This document shows, one piece after another, positions 1-36,452 of a stretch of 64,000 bases of DNA; positions within the stretch are counted from its first letter, which is position 1, and each line of letters starts with the position of its first letter. The position numbers and the translations under genes are program-made. The stretch comes from Paraspadella gotoi (lineage: Eukaryota > Animalia > Chaetognatha). The stretch is taken from contig CM119269.1 in assembly GCA_051294375.1 (NCBI GenBank), positions 6,371,919 through 6,435,918 of the forward strand, written 5' to 3'. The notes under the pieces are model-generated. The model did not search any database. It worked only from the letters and a program-made list of their open reading frames with translations, and had not been told where the DNA came from.

Positions 1-141
1 TTTGCTTTCCTGAATGATAAAAGAAAGAACATTAGAACATATGACTGATTGTGACTCTTGTCTCCGTCATTTTTCTCTCGGAAATAATATGGCCATTACG
101 TGTTTTTATACTTCCTCCTTTTTCCGTCGAACGATCCCGTG

Positions 142-3100
142 ATGACATCTCCTGCCCCCGTCCCCTCCAATGCCGAGGCGATGGAGAAGCTGTTTGAGGA
201 GGCGAAGAAAAACGTGAGGTCGCTTCTCATTTCCACACAGGATGGACTCTCGACGATGGATATTCTCAGAGATTATTCTAACTTCGTCAACAAGCCTCTG
301 CCTTATGCGTAAGTAGTATGTAGGTGAGGTAAACACTACGATAAATTAGAGTAGGATTTGATGGCAAGATTAGGTAATTTTCTCTTTTATTAGAGAGTTG
401 GGTCATTACTCGGTGGAATCATTGCTGATGAACATGCCGGACGTTTGTTACCCTATCGGCGGCTACGGTCATTTCGTTCACTGGGTGGCGGTCGCCGACT
501 CTTCCACCGCCCACATCCAGAAACTGGTTCAATGCCAGCGCGGAACAAAGAGAAAGGAACACGCCCCCCGGTTCCGAATGCCGGATACTATAAAGGGTTA
601 GTCTAACCTTGGGTGAAGTTTCAAGTGGAGGGGGCTGCGAATGTGGCAGGGGGGAAGGAAAGGCTTATAGAATATCAATTTTGATTTAATGTTCTAGGAA
701 ATTACATCCGGGAAACCGGGCAGGGCCTCGGGGCGGCCGCTCCTCTTCGTGGCAGAGATAACGATGCCCGACGAAGGCCCAATCGCTCTCCCATGCCGTT
801 CTCCAACCGGCGCGGTCCTCCGCCTAGTTTGGATTTGCCTTTGGAGCAGAGGTGAAGGCGTTTGGTAACTGATAATTGGGTTCAGATTCACAAATCAAGC
901 CTCTTTCCGTCTTTCCTACCCTTAGCGGTCATCAGTCCATTCCGCGCGCGCTCTCTGGGCGCGACGGGACGCTTAGCAAACAGTCGTCGGTAACTGCGCG
1001 CGCCGATCCACGTTGGTTTCGCAGCGATTCCGCTTCCGGCGGGGCGCCCACACCGACTTCCTCGTCGGTCAAAGTTGCAAACGGGTCGCGACCGCCCTCA
1101 ATCGCCTCGTCGCGATCGAGCGAGTCGGGTACGTCCGTCCCCGTCACCACAACCATCGTCCCCAGCGGCGCAAGAACGGCTGTTGTCACCATTAGTGAGA
1201 AAATCAAATTAATTATCAAATACAATTATCATTGTATGGAAAATAAATTTTGGACAGAATAATTACGTCATTCACGTTATTCTATTCCTCGAAGCTGCCC
1301 CGTCAAAGTGTGTCGAAACGGAGACTATCTCCCTCGTACCAACCCCAGCATCCTCCTCTTCCGTCAACGTCAATTTCGACAAACTCTGGGATGAATTCGT
1401 CCAAGATCGGCCCGTTGCTCCGGCGCCGCTTCAGTCCTCCAGCGCGGCGTCGTCGTCGTCGATGGAACCGTCGCTCGGTCGCGACATTCGCGCGACTTGC
1501 TCTTGGGTTCCGAAGTCAAACTTGGAATCGCGGATTCCGAAAGGAAGCTCGGGGTAATGGGTTGTAACCAGGCTAATTTATTATTAACTCGCTCACAGGC
1601 TGAAGCGCCCCAATTCTCCCATTTCCGTCCTTCAGTCCAAGTCAAATGTTCCGCATCGTCTTCGAGTATCGCGACCTCATCGACGTCCAGTTCAAGGGTC
1701 TCTACATGAAGTTCCCCGACGCGTTTCCGCTCAAAGAGGTCGTCTACGTCGATCCCGAAGACGAATTCAATGGGATTCTCCAGGTCGGGAGATTGGAGGG
1801 TATTAGAGAAAAAAGAGAACGAATGGGAAAGTTGGGTAAGAGAAAAGGAACGAAGGATAAGTTTGATACAAAGTCAAGGATAAAATCTTTGTTTTTCACA
1901 ATTAATGCTTACTTTTGTTCTCTATTTCGGATCAGGCGGTAAATCATCGCATCAGTCGTATGGAGGGAGTTTGGAGTTCTATAGAAGGTCCGATGATGGG
2001 AGAAAATCTTTGTGAACTCAATCGAATCTGGATTACCGGCGGTCTTGGCGTCGAATCCAAGACAAAAGGAAGATTCGTAGTCAAGCAGGTTCTCCCCCTC
2101 GCTTCTCCCTTTACTTACAGAAACTTTAAATCATTTCAATCTATTTTTATCCTTTCACCGGACTACAATCTGGTTCTTTTCGTAGGCGATTCCCACGAAA
2201 TGGAAAGATATCGCTGAACCCGAGAGGCCTTTGGAAGGGGGGCGTCCTCGGCCAGACTACGTTGTTTATCTCTATTGCAGTCTAGCTAGCGACTGTCGTC
2301 AAGTTAAGGTGGGTTTTGAAAGAATTTAGGTTTTTTTTTTGTAGATTTTCTTTTTTTTTTTTTTTTTTTGAATGCATTAATTTTGCAGTCCGCCAAAGCA
2401 TCCAAGAATCCATCTGATCCTCCCGCTCAATCCCGACCCGCTTCCTTTCCCATTTCTGGATCTTTACCTCAAAACTCATGGTTTCGCGCTCGAGATCCAT
2501 CCCCTACCTCTCGCCGCTATTTCTCTGATCCTCGAAAAGCTGGCGTTTTAAAAAAAGTTTCGGCTGCTGTAGATTGCAGGCAAACCATTGCAGGACAGAG
2601 CGATAGTCGTCCACCGCCTGCGTTGCCACCGCCAAAGCAGCCGTTGCCGCAGACGCCAGCAGACCGAGTAGTAAAGACTTCCTCCGTCTCGCCTTCTACC
2701 AAAGTTCCCCCTCCTTCCTCTAACGAAGCGTCTCTCTCCGCGGCCCTTCGCAAAATCTTTGCCAAAAAGCCGAAGGGCGTTTACCTCGGTCGCGTCGCCT
2801 TCGAGTACAAGTCGCTCTTCAAACCCCCGCGCGACTTTCCCGTCGCTGAATTCGGCTGCGAAAACATTCGTCAGGTGCTGGAGAAGTTTCCAGACGAAGT
2901 CGTCGTGGAAGATCTCGTTTCCGGCGTGACGATGGTCAAACCTGCGCCGGCAATGGATTCCGGCCACTCGAGGATAAAGTGCCCCGTAACGACGACCAGC
3001 ACTACAACGACGCCGATCATATCTTTAACATCTCCTTCGAATTCCTCATTAACTTCGAAGCCTCAGGCGGCGAATGGATCGTCGATGATGAATGAAGGTT

Positions 3101-6100
3101 AGGTCTACTCTAAGGAATAAAGTATTTATATACTAACCAAAAGACTCATTTAGATGTTGAATTTCATTTCCTCATCGGAACAAGGCGGCCTCGTTCCTTC
3201 GACTCCCCTCCTCGGGCCCGCTCTGCAACTCATCCCCGACGACATGTCCCCCGAGCGTCGGTGTCGCGCCGAGCACATCCTCTCCAATTGCCTCCGACTC
3301 TGGCGCCAGCTTTCCGTCTCCACGGCCGAGAAGGTCGCCAACTTCGCCGCCCTCTACGAAAGGGATTTCCAGGAATCGTTGGATCTCTCCATGACCGGTT
3401 TTCACGACGTCTGCGACTTGGGCCTCTTTTTGGCTTCCAACGCCGAGGACTTCGAGTTAAAGCCCAATGATTCACGCGTAAACTTTTCCTATGGGCCAAC
3501 TAGTCGCGATCACAACGGCCCTATCGTTGACTATAACCACAACGGTCAAACCGGGGATCTAAACAATAACAACAGTCTAACTGCTGATCGTAACCACGAT
3601 ATCAGGCGATCCTACGACCATCTCAGCAATACCCACAGACCACGTAAAAACGGTACGAAGAAAAGCAATAATTTTTCTCGCATTTCGCGGGCGGAAGATC
3701 AATCCTCGAGATCGGAGTCGAGATCTTCCTGCGGATCGACTCAGACCAACGGCCCGTCGCCGCCGTCATCGAGATCCTCGACCGTGGATAAAAAGTCGGT
3801 CTCCTTCAACCCCACCGTCCGCACGGAGGAGTTGGACCGGGCACCCGTCGACACCGTCCCCGCAGGCGAGGCCTTTGAACTCCGCCCGCCGCCGGAAGTC
3901 GTTCCCGGGGCCGTCGTCGACGTCGTCGTCGGATTCTGGGAGAACACGGAGACTTTGTGGGCGCGATTGGCAGACGCGGATCTTAAGTCGATCATGAATG
4001 GGATCGACGCCTTTTATCAGGTCTTTAAATTCTCTGAACGAAACGAGGAAAGCATGAAAGCATGACGGTATATACAACTATTATACAATATACATGAATA
4101 ATACGCAGAAGTGCGATTGTACTCTGTCAGGAACAAACTCTTGTGGAATCTCGATTGGATCTTTGTGGAAATCCGTATAAACATTTGTGGATTTAATTCA
4201 TTCATTGATTGTCTTATTTAAATAAAGATTCATTGATTATTCATTCATTCGCCATTGATAATTATTTAATTGATTCATTACTATTTTTCCCCTCGGCTAT
4301 CATGAGTTAATGATTATCGAGATTCCACAAGTTTGTTCCTGACAACTCCTTTGTGAAAAGGGTTAAATAGAAGTGGGAAAACGAAGTTGAAAAACTGTGT
4401 TTTTTAAAAAACCCTGCCGATGTTTTTTTGTCTTTGGTTGGTCAGGCGATGCTCCTTTTTTTTCTTCATTAAATATTTTTTATTATAATAAGGGGAAAAT
4501 GTCAATATTATATAGGAGCCATTGACCAAAGTTCATTATTTAATTAATACATTTTCACTTATTTTCATTTTCATTTTCATTCATCGTTAAACTTCTAGGC
4601 TCCCAGAGGAGACCAGTACAGTATCCCGGAGAGCATGATTCGCCCGGGGCTGGTCTGCGCTGCCCTCTACAAAGATGACATTTGGTATCGCGCGGTTATC
4701 GTGGAAGACTTGGGTCCGCAGCGAGAGCTTAAAGGCTTTGGCGTAGTTCGCGCCCTTTTCGTAGATTACGGAAATGTCTCGAGCGTTTTGTACTACAATC
4801 TTAGGTACAAAAAGAATTTAAAATAGTATATCATTATTATTATTTAACTTCATAAAACCATTAAACCCAGATTTCTCCGAAAGACTTTCTTCCGGCACCC
4901 GGTCTTTGCCTTCAAGTGCCGCGTCGACTTCGGACGTCTTCTCGTGACGCCGGCGTCGCCTGACAATGAGAATCTCTTTGCCGCCGTCGACGATCGACTC
5001 CTCGACAACTCCTCCTTTCAGATCCACGTCCTCGAAGTCTCACCCGAAGCCGTCCTCGTCAACGTCCCCCTTCTGGAGAGGGTGAGTCGCACCGATGGTG
5101 GGGGAAAGTGAAGTAGTTGAGAGATAAGGTAAAAGAGATAACGTGATATAAATTTTTCCAAAAGGAGCTCATTGCAAAAAAACTTGCCAAGCAACCGAAA
5201 CCGGAATCCATGGATAAGGTCGCCGATCCAAATGAAGTTGGAAATGCTGCTCTGCGAGAAACGCCTATCAATGAAGAGACGTTGCGGCCGGCTTTCGAAT
5301 TTAACTCCGTTGAGACCTCGACGAGCGAATATAAATCTTACCAAGTCTCTGGAAAACCTGACGCTGAAAACAAAGCCGATGAAGGCCTGTCGGAAGAAAT
5401 TTACGTCGTAGATTCCAGCGTAGAGCTCATTCCTCAAGTCACAGACGTTCAGAATTTTCAAGTTTGCTCCGAAGATGATGATGCTCTCGAAGATGGCGCT
5501 GAATTACAGAACAAAGACTCTAATGCTTCCTTGACAGTTGACGAGGATGACGCTGTAAATAATAAAACTGTTAATGTTCAAGACTCTAATTCCGAAGATG
5601 TTCTAAAAGTTAACAAAAGCGTAAATGAATCAGTTGAGAATGTGAAAGGTGCTGTCGTCGCCGAGGTTCAAGAATTGATCGAATACTTGTTTCGTCGAAT
5701 TGAACTCTCGGCTCAAGAGTTGCTGAGCGAAAATAACGAAGCGACTGCGGCGGCGAATATTGTCAAAAAATCTGTGAAAAACAGCCGTCGGTCCGTTGTC
5801 GTTATCTCTCCTTCTCTCTCTTTGCCGCTCGTCTCTCCTTCGCGAAAAGGATCGGGGAACTCGGCGGAACTCGCCACCGTCATGAGTGACCTCGTCAAGC
5901 TTTTGGACCAAACAACGCCCAAAGGGTCTCCGCTTCCGTTCTCCAGTCCCGATTCGGGAAACGAGTCGCGAAATGAGGCTCAAGGTGAGGCGTTGGCCAT
6001 CGAGTTAGGTTTTCTGGAATGTTTTGTTTGATATACTACGCTCGCTTTCTTTTCTCTCTCATAGCAAGCCGCGAGGATGGATCGAAACCTTCTCTATCTC

Positions 6101-6381
6101 TCGATCCTCCACTGTCTCCGCGTTTCGTCGAAATCCTTCCTCTCGGGACGCCGCCCGTCGTCCCCCCGGACGGGGCCTCCTCCGCCTTGGCCGGTCTCAC
6201 CGCGCTGACTCCGTCGACCTCCTTCGTCTGTCCTCGATTCGTGATCGAATCTCCCTCCCCTCCCGCGGGTTCCACCGCCTCATTTCCATCCGTCTCTTCC
6301 GAGGACGTCCCCATCCTTCCCGATCTCCTCCTCGAAATCTCGCGCATCAGCTCCGACTTTTCGGGAAGCGAACAAGATTGA
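142..6381 (+). CDS. TDRD5: LOTUS (x3) + Tudor domain protein, TDRD5/Tejas-like piRNA/germ-granule factor
   Basis: Phase-consistent GT-AG exons 142-308, 394-596, 698-851, 926-1194, 1295-1553, 1636-1783, 1936-2088, 2186-2308, 2389-3097, 3185-4020, 4599-4804, 4871-5081, 5165-5984 (alt donor 6008), 6065-6381 = 4575 nt, 1524 aa. N-terminal eLOTUS (KKNVRSLLISTQDGLS..DY..PLPYAELGHYSVESLLMNMPDV..AVADSSTAHIQKLVQCQR), two more LOTUS-like units (LRKIFAKKPKGVYL..EYKSLF..FGCENIRQVL; FAALYERDFQESLDLSMTGFHDV), single Tudor (PGLVCAALYKDDIWYRAVI..VRALFVDYGN). 3 LOTUS + 1 Tudor matches TDRD5 rather than TDRD7. Confidence 0.8.
4125..4344. mobile_element. MITE with ~30-bp TIRs, TGT..ACA ends and 4-bp TSD (Ginger-like), in TDRD5 intron
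   Basis: TGTCAGGAACAAACTCTTGTGGAATCTCGAT (4125-4155) vs ATCGAGATTCCACAAGTTTGTTCCTGACA (4316-4344), 2-nt gap; direct repeat ACTC at 4121-4124 and 4345-4348. Confidence 0.8.
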
Positions 6382-6609
6382 GAGAGAGAGAGAGAGCGCG
6401 AGTTTCGTTTTTCTCAAGTTGTGATCGGGAATCGATCGCTTTTCGATCCACGAGATTTTAGCATCCTTATTTTCTTTTGTATACATTTCTAGGGAAAAGA
6501 AACTCATCTTTAATAATTTTGATTTTTTTTTAATACGACGTGCATCGTACCTTATTTTTTAAATTAAATTCTTTTTTCGGTCAGCCGCTTTCATAAAATA
6601 AAAAACATA

Positions 6610-9600
6610 ATGAAAGTCAAAGAAGAAATATTTGATGATTGCTGTTCCACGCAAAAATTGAACCAGCAAAGGTGAGATTACTTATAATTTATAAGATGTA
6701 ATCTAATTCATAACATTTTTAATGGAATTATTAATTTTGTTTTATATATTCATAATTGTTATTGTTGTCTTCTAAATTGAGAGAACACGAAGTCAAGAGT
6801 AGTTTATACCCTTGCTTTTAGTTTTTTCGTTTTGTTGTTCACCCTGATCAAAAGGACACTTTACCTATAAAATTGCTCTTATTATAATTCTCAGAATGCC
6901 AAAAATTGAACCTGGAAATGAAGAAGTTCGAGAGGCATTTTTAAAAGCCCGCGTGAAAGAAGAAAAAGCCGATGCCAGCGTCGGCGACGGGGTTTTCCCT
7001 TACTTTTCGGTCAAGAAAAAGTCTCTCTTGTCCCCAACGCGTCGCGATGGTTGGGACGATAGCGGCAGCGACGCTGCGAGCGGCGCAACGGTCGACTATC
7101 TTTCGGCGAGCAACAACGTTTCGACGCCTTACGATTCGGTCAAACCCAAGTCGGAGTTGCCGTCGACGTCGTCGATAGCCGGTGACTTTGTGACTTCGTT
7201 TCAGGAGTTTGGAACGATAAGGAAGAAAAAATAACAAAACTTAAAAAAACTTTATATATGATCATATATTCCTATTCATATATCCCCCTTATTAATAATA
7301 TGGAACTTATTTTAAGTTATCTCAATTCTGAAATACTGTAATATGCAAAGCAGAAAAAACAACTCTTATTTTATATTCCATGACAAGTTCATCCCTTGCA
7401 TTATCCTCCCTCTTCTCTCTATCGAACTCCCTCCTCTCAGATTTTGTCCACGTGGCGCCGGCGGATTCCTCGACGCCCGAGGAGGTGGTCGTGGTTTCTT
7501 CGATCCACGGGCGTCACCGTCTACATCGCGAGGACCGCAAGTGCTTCATCAAAGAGGCCGACGTTCGCCAATCGAAACGTGAGACAGTTTTGGCCACTAC
7601 AGTCGACGCACCTAAATATAAGTGGGCGACCCCGAGGTCACCCCGACACCAATTGTCACCGACCGAAATCCAAGAAAAAGTCTCGACGCCTTTGAAGTCG
7701 GAGTCGGCGATCGTCCTCGAAGACGACGACGACGACGACGAATTAAAGATTCTCAGCGAGAAAAATGAGGAGATCAAGGAGGCGTGGTCGAGACGACGAA
7801 TTTGCGACGCTTGCGGAATCGCGATAGTCGACTCTAAACACTGGCTGAGGTGAAGACTCCATCGACTCGATCGTCTATTTAATTAATTTAATTTATTCTC
7901 CGCCCATCAGACATGTTCGCACTCGTCGGCATCGTTTCTCCGTGTTATCTCGAATAAGCAGTAGCGACGACAACGGCGGCGGTATCGCTGGCGTGAAAAT
8001 CATTGTGAGAGAAAATCCTCACAAGATCCACGAAAGTCCGTCCCCAGCTTCTACTATCCGAGGCTATGCTCCCACGCAAAATCCTTTTGCCGCTACTATT
8101 TCTGCTCCAGCCTTCGCTCCTTCCCACGACCCTATCCCCGTACCCGTCACAACTCCAGTTCCCACCCCCCTTCCCGCTATTGATTCCAACCGTTCGCGAT
8201 TTTCCATCCCACGCCCCTCCTCAATCGTGTTACCATCCACCACGAAAGCCAAGTTCTCTTGCAAACAATGTAACTTGACTTGCCTCAGCTTCGCAACCTA
8301 CGAATCTCACATTGCTGGTCTGCGGCACAAACGAAATACCGGACCAAAGACGTCGAATCTCGAGAGACAAACGGATAAATTAGAGGCGGAATTTTCGGGC
8401 GAGCCTCACGTCGGCCTGGAATACGTGCAGGGTTGGACCCTTTCCATCTGGCCATTCCTACTGTCTCGCGGAGCAACTCTATAAGTCACTTTTCGGTCGG
8501 TCTGTCGGTCCGACATTTGTTAACACAGAAAATACCATCTACGGGACTGCTTGCGCCACCTTCAGGAATTCTTAAAACTATAAGGAATAAAAGATGAAAT
8601 TATGATGCAGTGTATGTCATGTCATATCATATCATGTGATCAAAGGGAAATACACGTGAAAATAAAGTCACTGTGGCGCAACACATTATTTTAAATATCG
8701 CTTCTCCCCCCATGTCTCCACAGAATACAAATACGGGATGGAAATCCGCTACAATTGTCACGTTTGTACCATCGCGACTCTGCGTGTGGACACTTTGGCG
8801 GATCACGTCAAATCCCTCGATCATCGACGGAAATATATTCAAAGTAATAATAAATATGCATCTTTTCGGTATTGATTTATTTTAATAACATTTATCTAAT
8901 GATAAATGATAAGTCTGCGCCTCTATTTTTTCCATTTGTCCTCAATCTCACCTTCATCTCACCTTCCACCCCCTAACTTCCTTCTCACTATGCCCATCTT
9001 CACTTCACAACAGTGTTACATATTTCGCTGATGCCGTCCGATGACGATGGCGTGGAGACGCCTCTCCATTTTGAACGCGAGGCTCATCGCCTCGAGGGCA
9101 TGCACGGTCGGCAACGCATTATCCGGATCGGCGAGCGACTTCCTCTTGAGATCGGGTGAAGTTGTTCGGGAGGCGCGTAGGGGATGGTTTAGGATAAGGA
9201 TTGATAAACTTTTTTTTTCAAAAATTTAATCTAGTCTTACCTAAGTTATCTCAAACTTTTCAGCCCAAGTACCCAAAGGGAACTCTGCAGCGTTCTAAAG
9301 TTTTATTCAAATATCGAACCTCAATCCAACAAAAAATCGAGCACTTTTCCTTTTCAACATTTCTTCTCTCCACGTCATGTTTCACCGCATTGGTCTCCGA
9401 AGCGTTTGTCTCAACGACCAGTTTCTCTCCCGTCTCCATGCCAACTTTCAAGTCGCCCATCCAGCCGACTTTTAACTCCGCTTTTGCAGTCTCATCAATC
9501 CAGATTACGTGAGAAATTCAAGTCGATTCTATATAACCGGCAAATTAAGACGCGAAACTCCGTCTTCTCCAGTCCAAAGCGACTCCCTGGAAGCTCCGGT

Positions 9601-10828
9601 ACAAAGCGCAGTAGTAGATTCAGTCCAAGGGGGCGCCGTAGTAGTTCCAGTCCCAGGCGACGCCGTACTAGTTTCAGTCCCAGGCGACGCCATACTAGTT
9701 TCAGTCCCAGGCGACGCCGTACTAGTTTCAGTCCCAGGCGACGCCGTAGTAGGTGCAGTCCCAGGCGGCGCCGTACTAGTTTCAGTCCCAGGCGACGCCG
9801 TACTAGTTTCAGTCCCAGGCGACGCCGTACTAGTTTCAGTCCCAGGCGGAGCCGTACTAGTTGCAGTCCCAGCCGGAGCCGTAGTAGTTTCAGTCCCAGG
9901 CGGCGCCGTCGTAGTCCTAGACGGCGCCGTAGTAGTTCCAGTTCAAGGCGGCGGTCTGGATTCTTTAGTCCACGCTATCGTCGGAGAATTTCCAGTACGA
10001 AGCAACTTCGTGCAAGCCCTCGACTGAGGCGACGCCAAGGAAGCTCCAGGCCAAGGAAAAGCCGTAAAGACTCCAGTCCGATGCGAAGCTGTGATAATCA
10101 AAAATTAAGTCTAGGGTCTGCTAGTCTTGAGCGAGACCCAGGAAACCTCTTTAACGGCAATCCTAACTCAAGAACTTTTGCTCGTCGTGATTTAAGAAAC
10201 GCATATCCGAACCGTGGATCCCTTTCTCCCTTCAGTTCAGTTTCGCTCCCACGCGGACATTTCATTGGAAGAAAGACACTCCAACCGCAGTTAAAAATTC
10301 GCTCGCGACCTTTAATCAGTTCGCCAGATCCTCATCGTTCTCGAACCCGAACCATTTCTCTTTCAAGTTCCTCATTCCGTTCTCATTCACGATCACGATC
10401 TCGTTCTCATCCCTCGCGCCGCAGAATCGGCGGCGGAAACCGTTCCAAGACCTCCCGTCGGTCGTCTTCGTCGGCGACGAGCTCGACCTCGTATTCACCC
10501 TCAAAGGAAATCCGGTCGCCGTCGCCCGAATCCGCGACGAGCGAGAATTCCGTCGCTCTGCTTCCATCGCGGGCATCGCCATCCTCATCCCCGGCAGGGG
10601 ATCTGAGTGAAAGGTGACTGAAAATTAAGCGTCTGTTAAGGATCTACTCCCGATGTAGATAACAAATGTTAGTATTAAAAACCTCGAGGGTGGATCTTTT
10701 CATTTCATTATCATTTATAAACTTAAAAATCCGCTAATTTTTTAATTTTTTAATTTTTTTTTTCCAGACGTCACAGAATATTGGAATATCGCGTGGTTCG
10801 GACTGTTCCCAAATCATTTCGGACGTAA
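6610..10828 (+). CDS. C2H2/matrin-type zinc-finger protein with Arg/Ser-rich (SPRRRR) C-terminal repeats
   Basis: Phase-consistent exons 6610-6671, 6895-7181, 7441-7849, 7911-8431, 8724-8843, 9014-9155, 9264-10613, 10768-10828 (983 aa; or read-through stop at 10617). Fingers CDAC..HWLRHVRTRRH, CKQC..YESHIAGLRH, and EPHVGLEYVQEY..YNCHVC..DHVKSLDHRRKY (resembles the CG7065-like finger, recalled rather than searched). Confidence 0.7.
8476..8518 (+). mobile_element. Short fragment resembling the head of the Helentron-like family, in intron
   Basis: ACTCTATAAGTCACTTTTCGGTCGGTCTGTCGGTCCG resembles ACTCTATAATTTACTTTGTCGGTCCGTCGGTCTG at ~50192. Confidence 0.4.
9622..9940 (+). repeat. Coding 27-bp minisatellite (AGTCCCAGGCGACGCCGTACTAGTTTC) encoding SPRRRRTSF
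   Basis: About 11-12 tandem units, read directly; in frame with ORF 9406..10617. Confidence 0.9.
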
Positions 10829-11005
10829 AATGGATAACTATATGTATTTCACTGCTCTCAGCTTTTGTTTAAGAGGAGGGGAAATCGTTTATTTTATTTG
10901 CATTAATTAATTTTTACTTATTTGAATAATCTGTTACCTACCAAATCTCTGATTGCCGAGTTAATCCGCTTTCTCCATCATTTTTTTCGATCGTTCGTGA
11001 TTCAT

Positions 11006-11008
<3 letters not shown>

Positions 11009-11060
<52 letters not shown>
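11009..11060. repeat. (CT)n microsatellite (one of many; others near 22100-22290, 23040-23135, 23365-23425, 26990-27068, 35150-35260, 48110-48228)
   Basis: Direct inspection. Confidence 0.95.
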
Positions 11061-11066
<6 letters not shown>

Positions 11067-11523
11067 CCAACACGCCAAGGTCAGAGAGTATCTTAAATTT
11101 CATATCCATGGTAACTGTAGTGCAGTAAACAAATTCTTCAATTTCTATTAGACCTGACATCGATGCGAAAGTCAGCTTAGCGCCTGTTCGTTGATTATAT
11201 TTATTTACAATGTAATAGTTTTTCTTTTTTCAGAATTAATTGATAATTGATTCAACGGTAATCTCAATCGTCAAAGTCAGATCTAATTTCCGTCGCCTAG
11301 TCGACCTGTCGATAACAGAGCCAAAGGAAGAGTGTCCCTCTCTCTCGCTCTCTCTCTCTCTTTCTCTCTCTCGCCGCTTTTCAAACCTCGAAGCTCCTCT
11401 CTCTCTCTCTCGCCTCAATTCGACGAAGACCGAAACAGCGAAGCACTCCTCTGCTCCGAAAGAACATTTTTTTAAAAAAAGAAAATACTCTTTAAATTTC
11501 TCGCGCGAATTAATTTATTTTAA

Positions 11524-14525
<3,002 letters not shown>

Positions 14526-15804
14526 GAAATGGTTTTAATTTTCTTTTTTTACCTTTTATGCTTTTTAATTCTTTTCTCTCTTTTTTTTTAAAAAATAAGT
14601 CTCATAGCGAAGTTCGTTCGTTGCTTTTCGCTCGTTCGTTTCAGACTTTAAAAAAAAAAAAAACGTTTTATTGTTCTCTCTCGAATTTAGTCCCGATACT
14701 CGATGGAAGTGTCTCCGTCGTTTCAAAACTCTCGAATTTATATTCTATTTTATTTTTTTTTATTATTATTATTCCGACGAATAATTTGCCGTCTTTCAAA
14801 TATATATTTTAAACTCGACAAGCGTTATTACAATTTATACAATGAACACGCGAAAAAAACCGCGATTTTATTTTTATTTTATTTTCGTGATTCAGTATTT
14901 TTTTTTTTTTGCGCTCTTGAGTCTTGCCCCATATCTCTCTGGTCGTAGATTGTTTCTTAATCTTATTATAAGAATATAAAATTTCTTTTAATCATTTTCT
15001 GTTTAGTCATTTTGCCCGTTTGAAATAGCTCATAGTCATACTGGCTCTTAGCTCTCAGCATCAAGGTTCAAGTATATTTAGAGGTTAATTTCTACAATTA
15101 ATTGAAAACAGAGGTTGGGTTGGATGTATTTACATTACAAGATATGCGGTTGACAATTAATTCGAAGAATGAGACACGCAGTAAAACGATCATGCAACTT
15201 AGATGGACGTGGAGAGAAAGAATACCGAGCGGAACGTAAAAAAATGTCGCGTCTCGCTGGTTTTTTTTTGCTGCGGAAAAAAGGAAAGTTTTTGTCCCAA
15301 ATGATAGAAAATGATACGAAAATCATGAGATGCCCAATATATTTCGTGAATTAAAAAGTAAGAAATAAATATTAAATAAATCGTATCAACGTTTTAACTT
15401 CGGAATCGTCGCAACTGCCAGATTTAAATATTGAAATCTTTTTTTTTAAATATAAATAATAATTTTTCACGTTTGTTTTCGTTCAATTTTTTTTTCTTCT
15501 GAATTTCCTCGGTTAACAGTACGACTGCAGTTACGGCTCCGACCTGTTCAAATATCCTGACTAGAACATGAAGACGAGGAACAATGGCTATTGTATTATC
15601 GCGATCACAAAATCTAGGAAAAAAGAAAATGCTCTTTGTGTTTTCGAATATTTGATTTAAATCAGTTCTTTAACATTTGGCATATTTTTTTCCCTTTCAA
15701 ACTCCTCGTCGGGAGGGAAAAATCATGATGCAACGCGAGTTTTTGCGTCCGATCAAGAACGTCACCATCGATTGCGTATCACGTTTCTGACGTCATTTTT
15801 ACTC

Positions 15805-36452
<20,648 letters not shown>

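Noticed and set aside
9622-9940. CRISPR-like regular repeat
   Set aside because: Contiguous tandem units with no unique spacers, inside a eukaryotic exon.
9509-10027. ORF with GDAVLVSVP repeats
   Set aside because: Shadow frame of the 27-bp coding repeat; exon phase supports the SPRRRR frame.
11219-11233. Unpaired acceptor upstream of tubulin (possible trans-splice site)
   Set aside because: Plausible cis donors exist nearby (11080, 11111), so it cannot be distinguished from an ordinary 5'UTR intron or chance.
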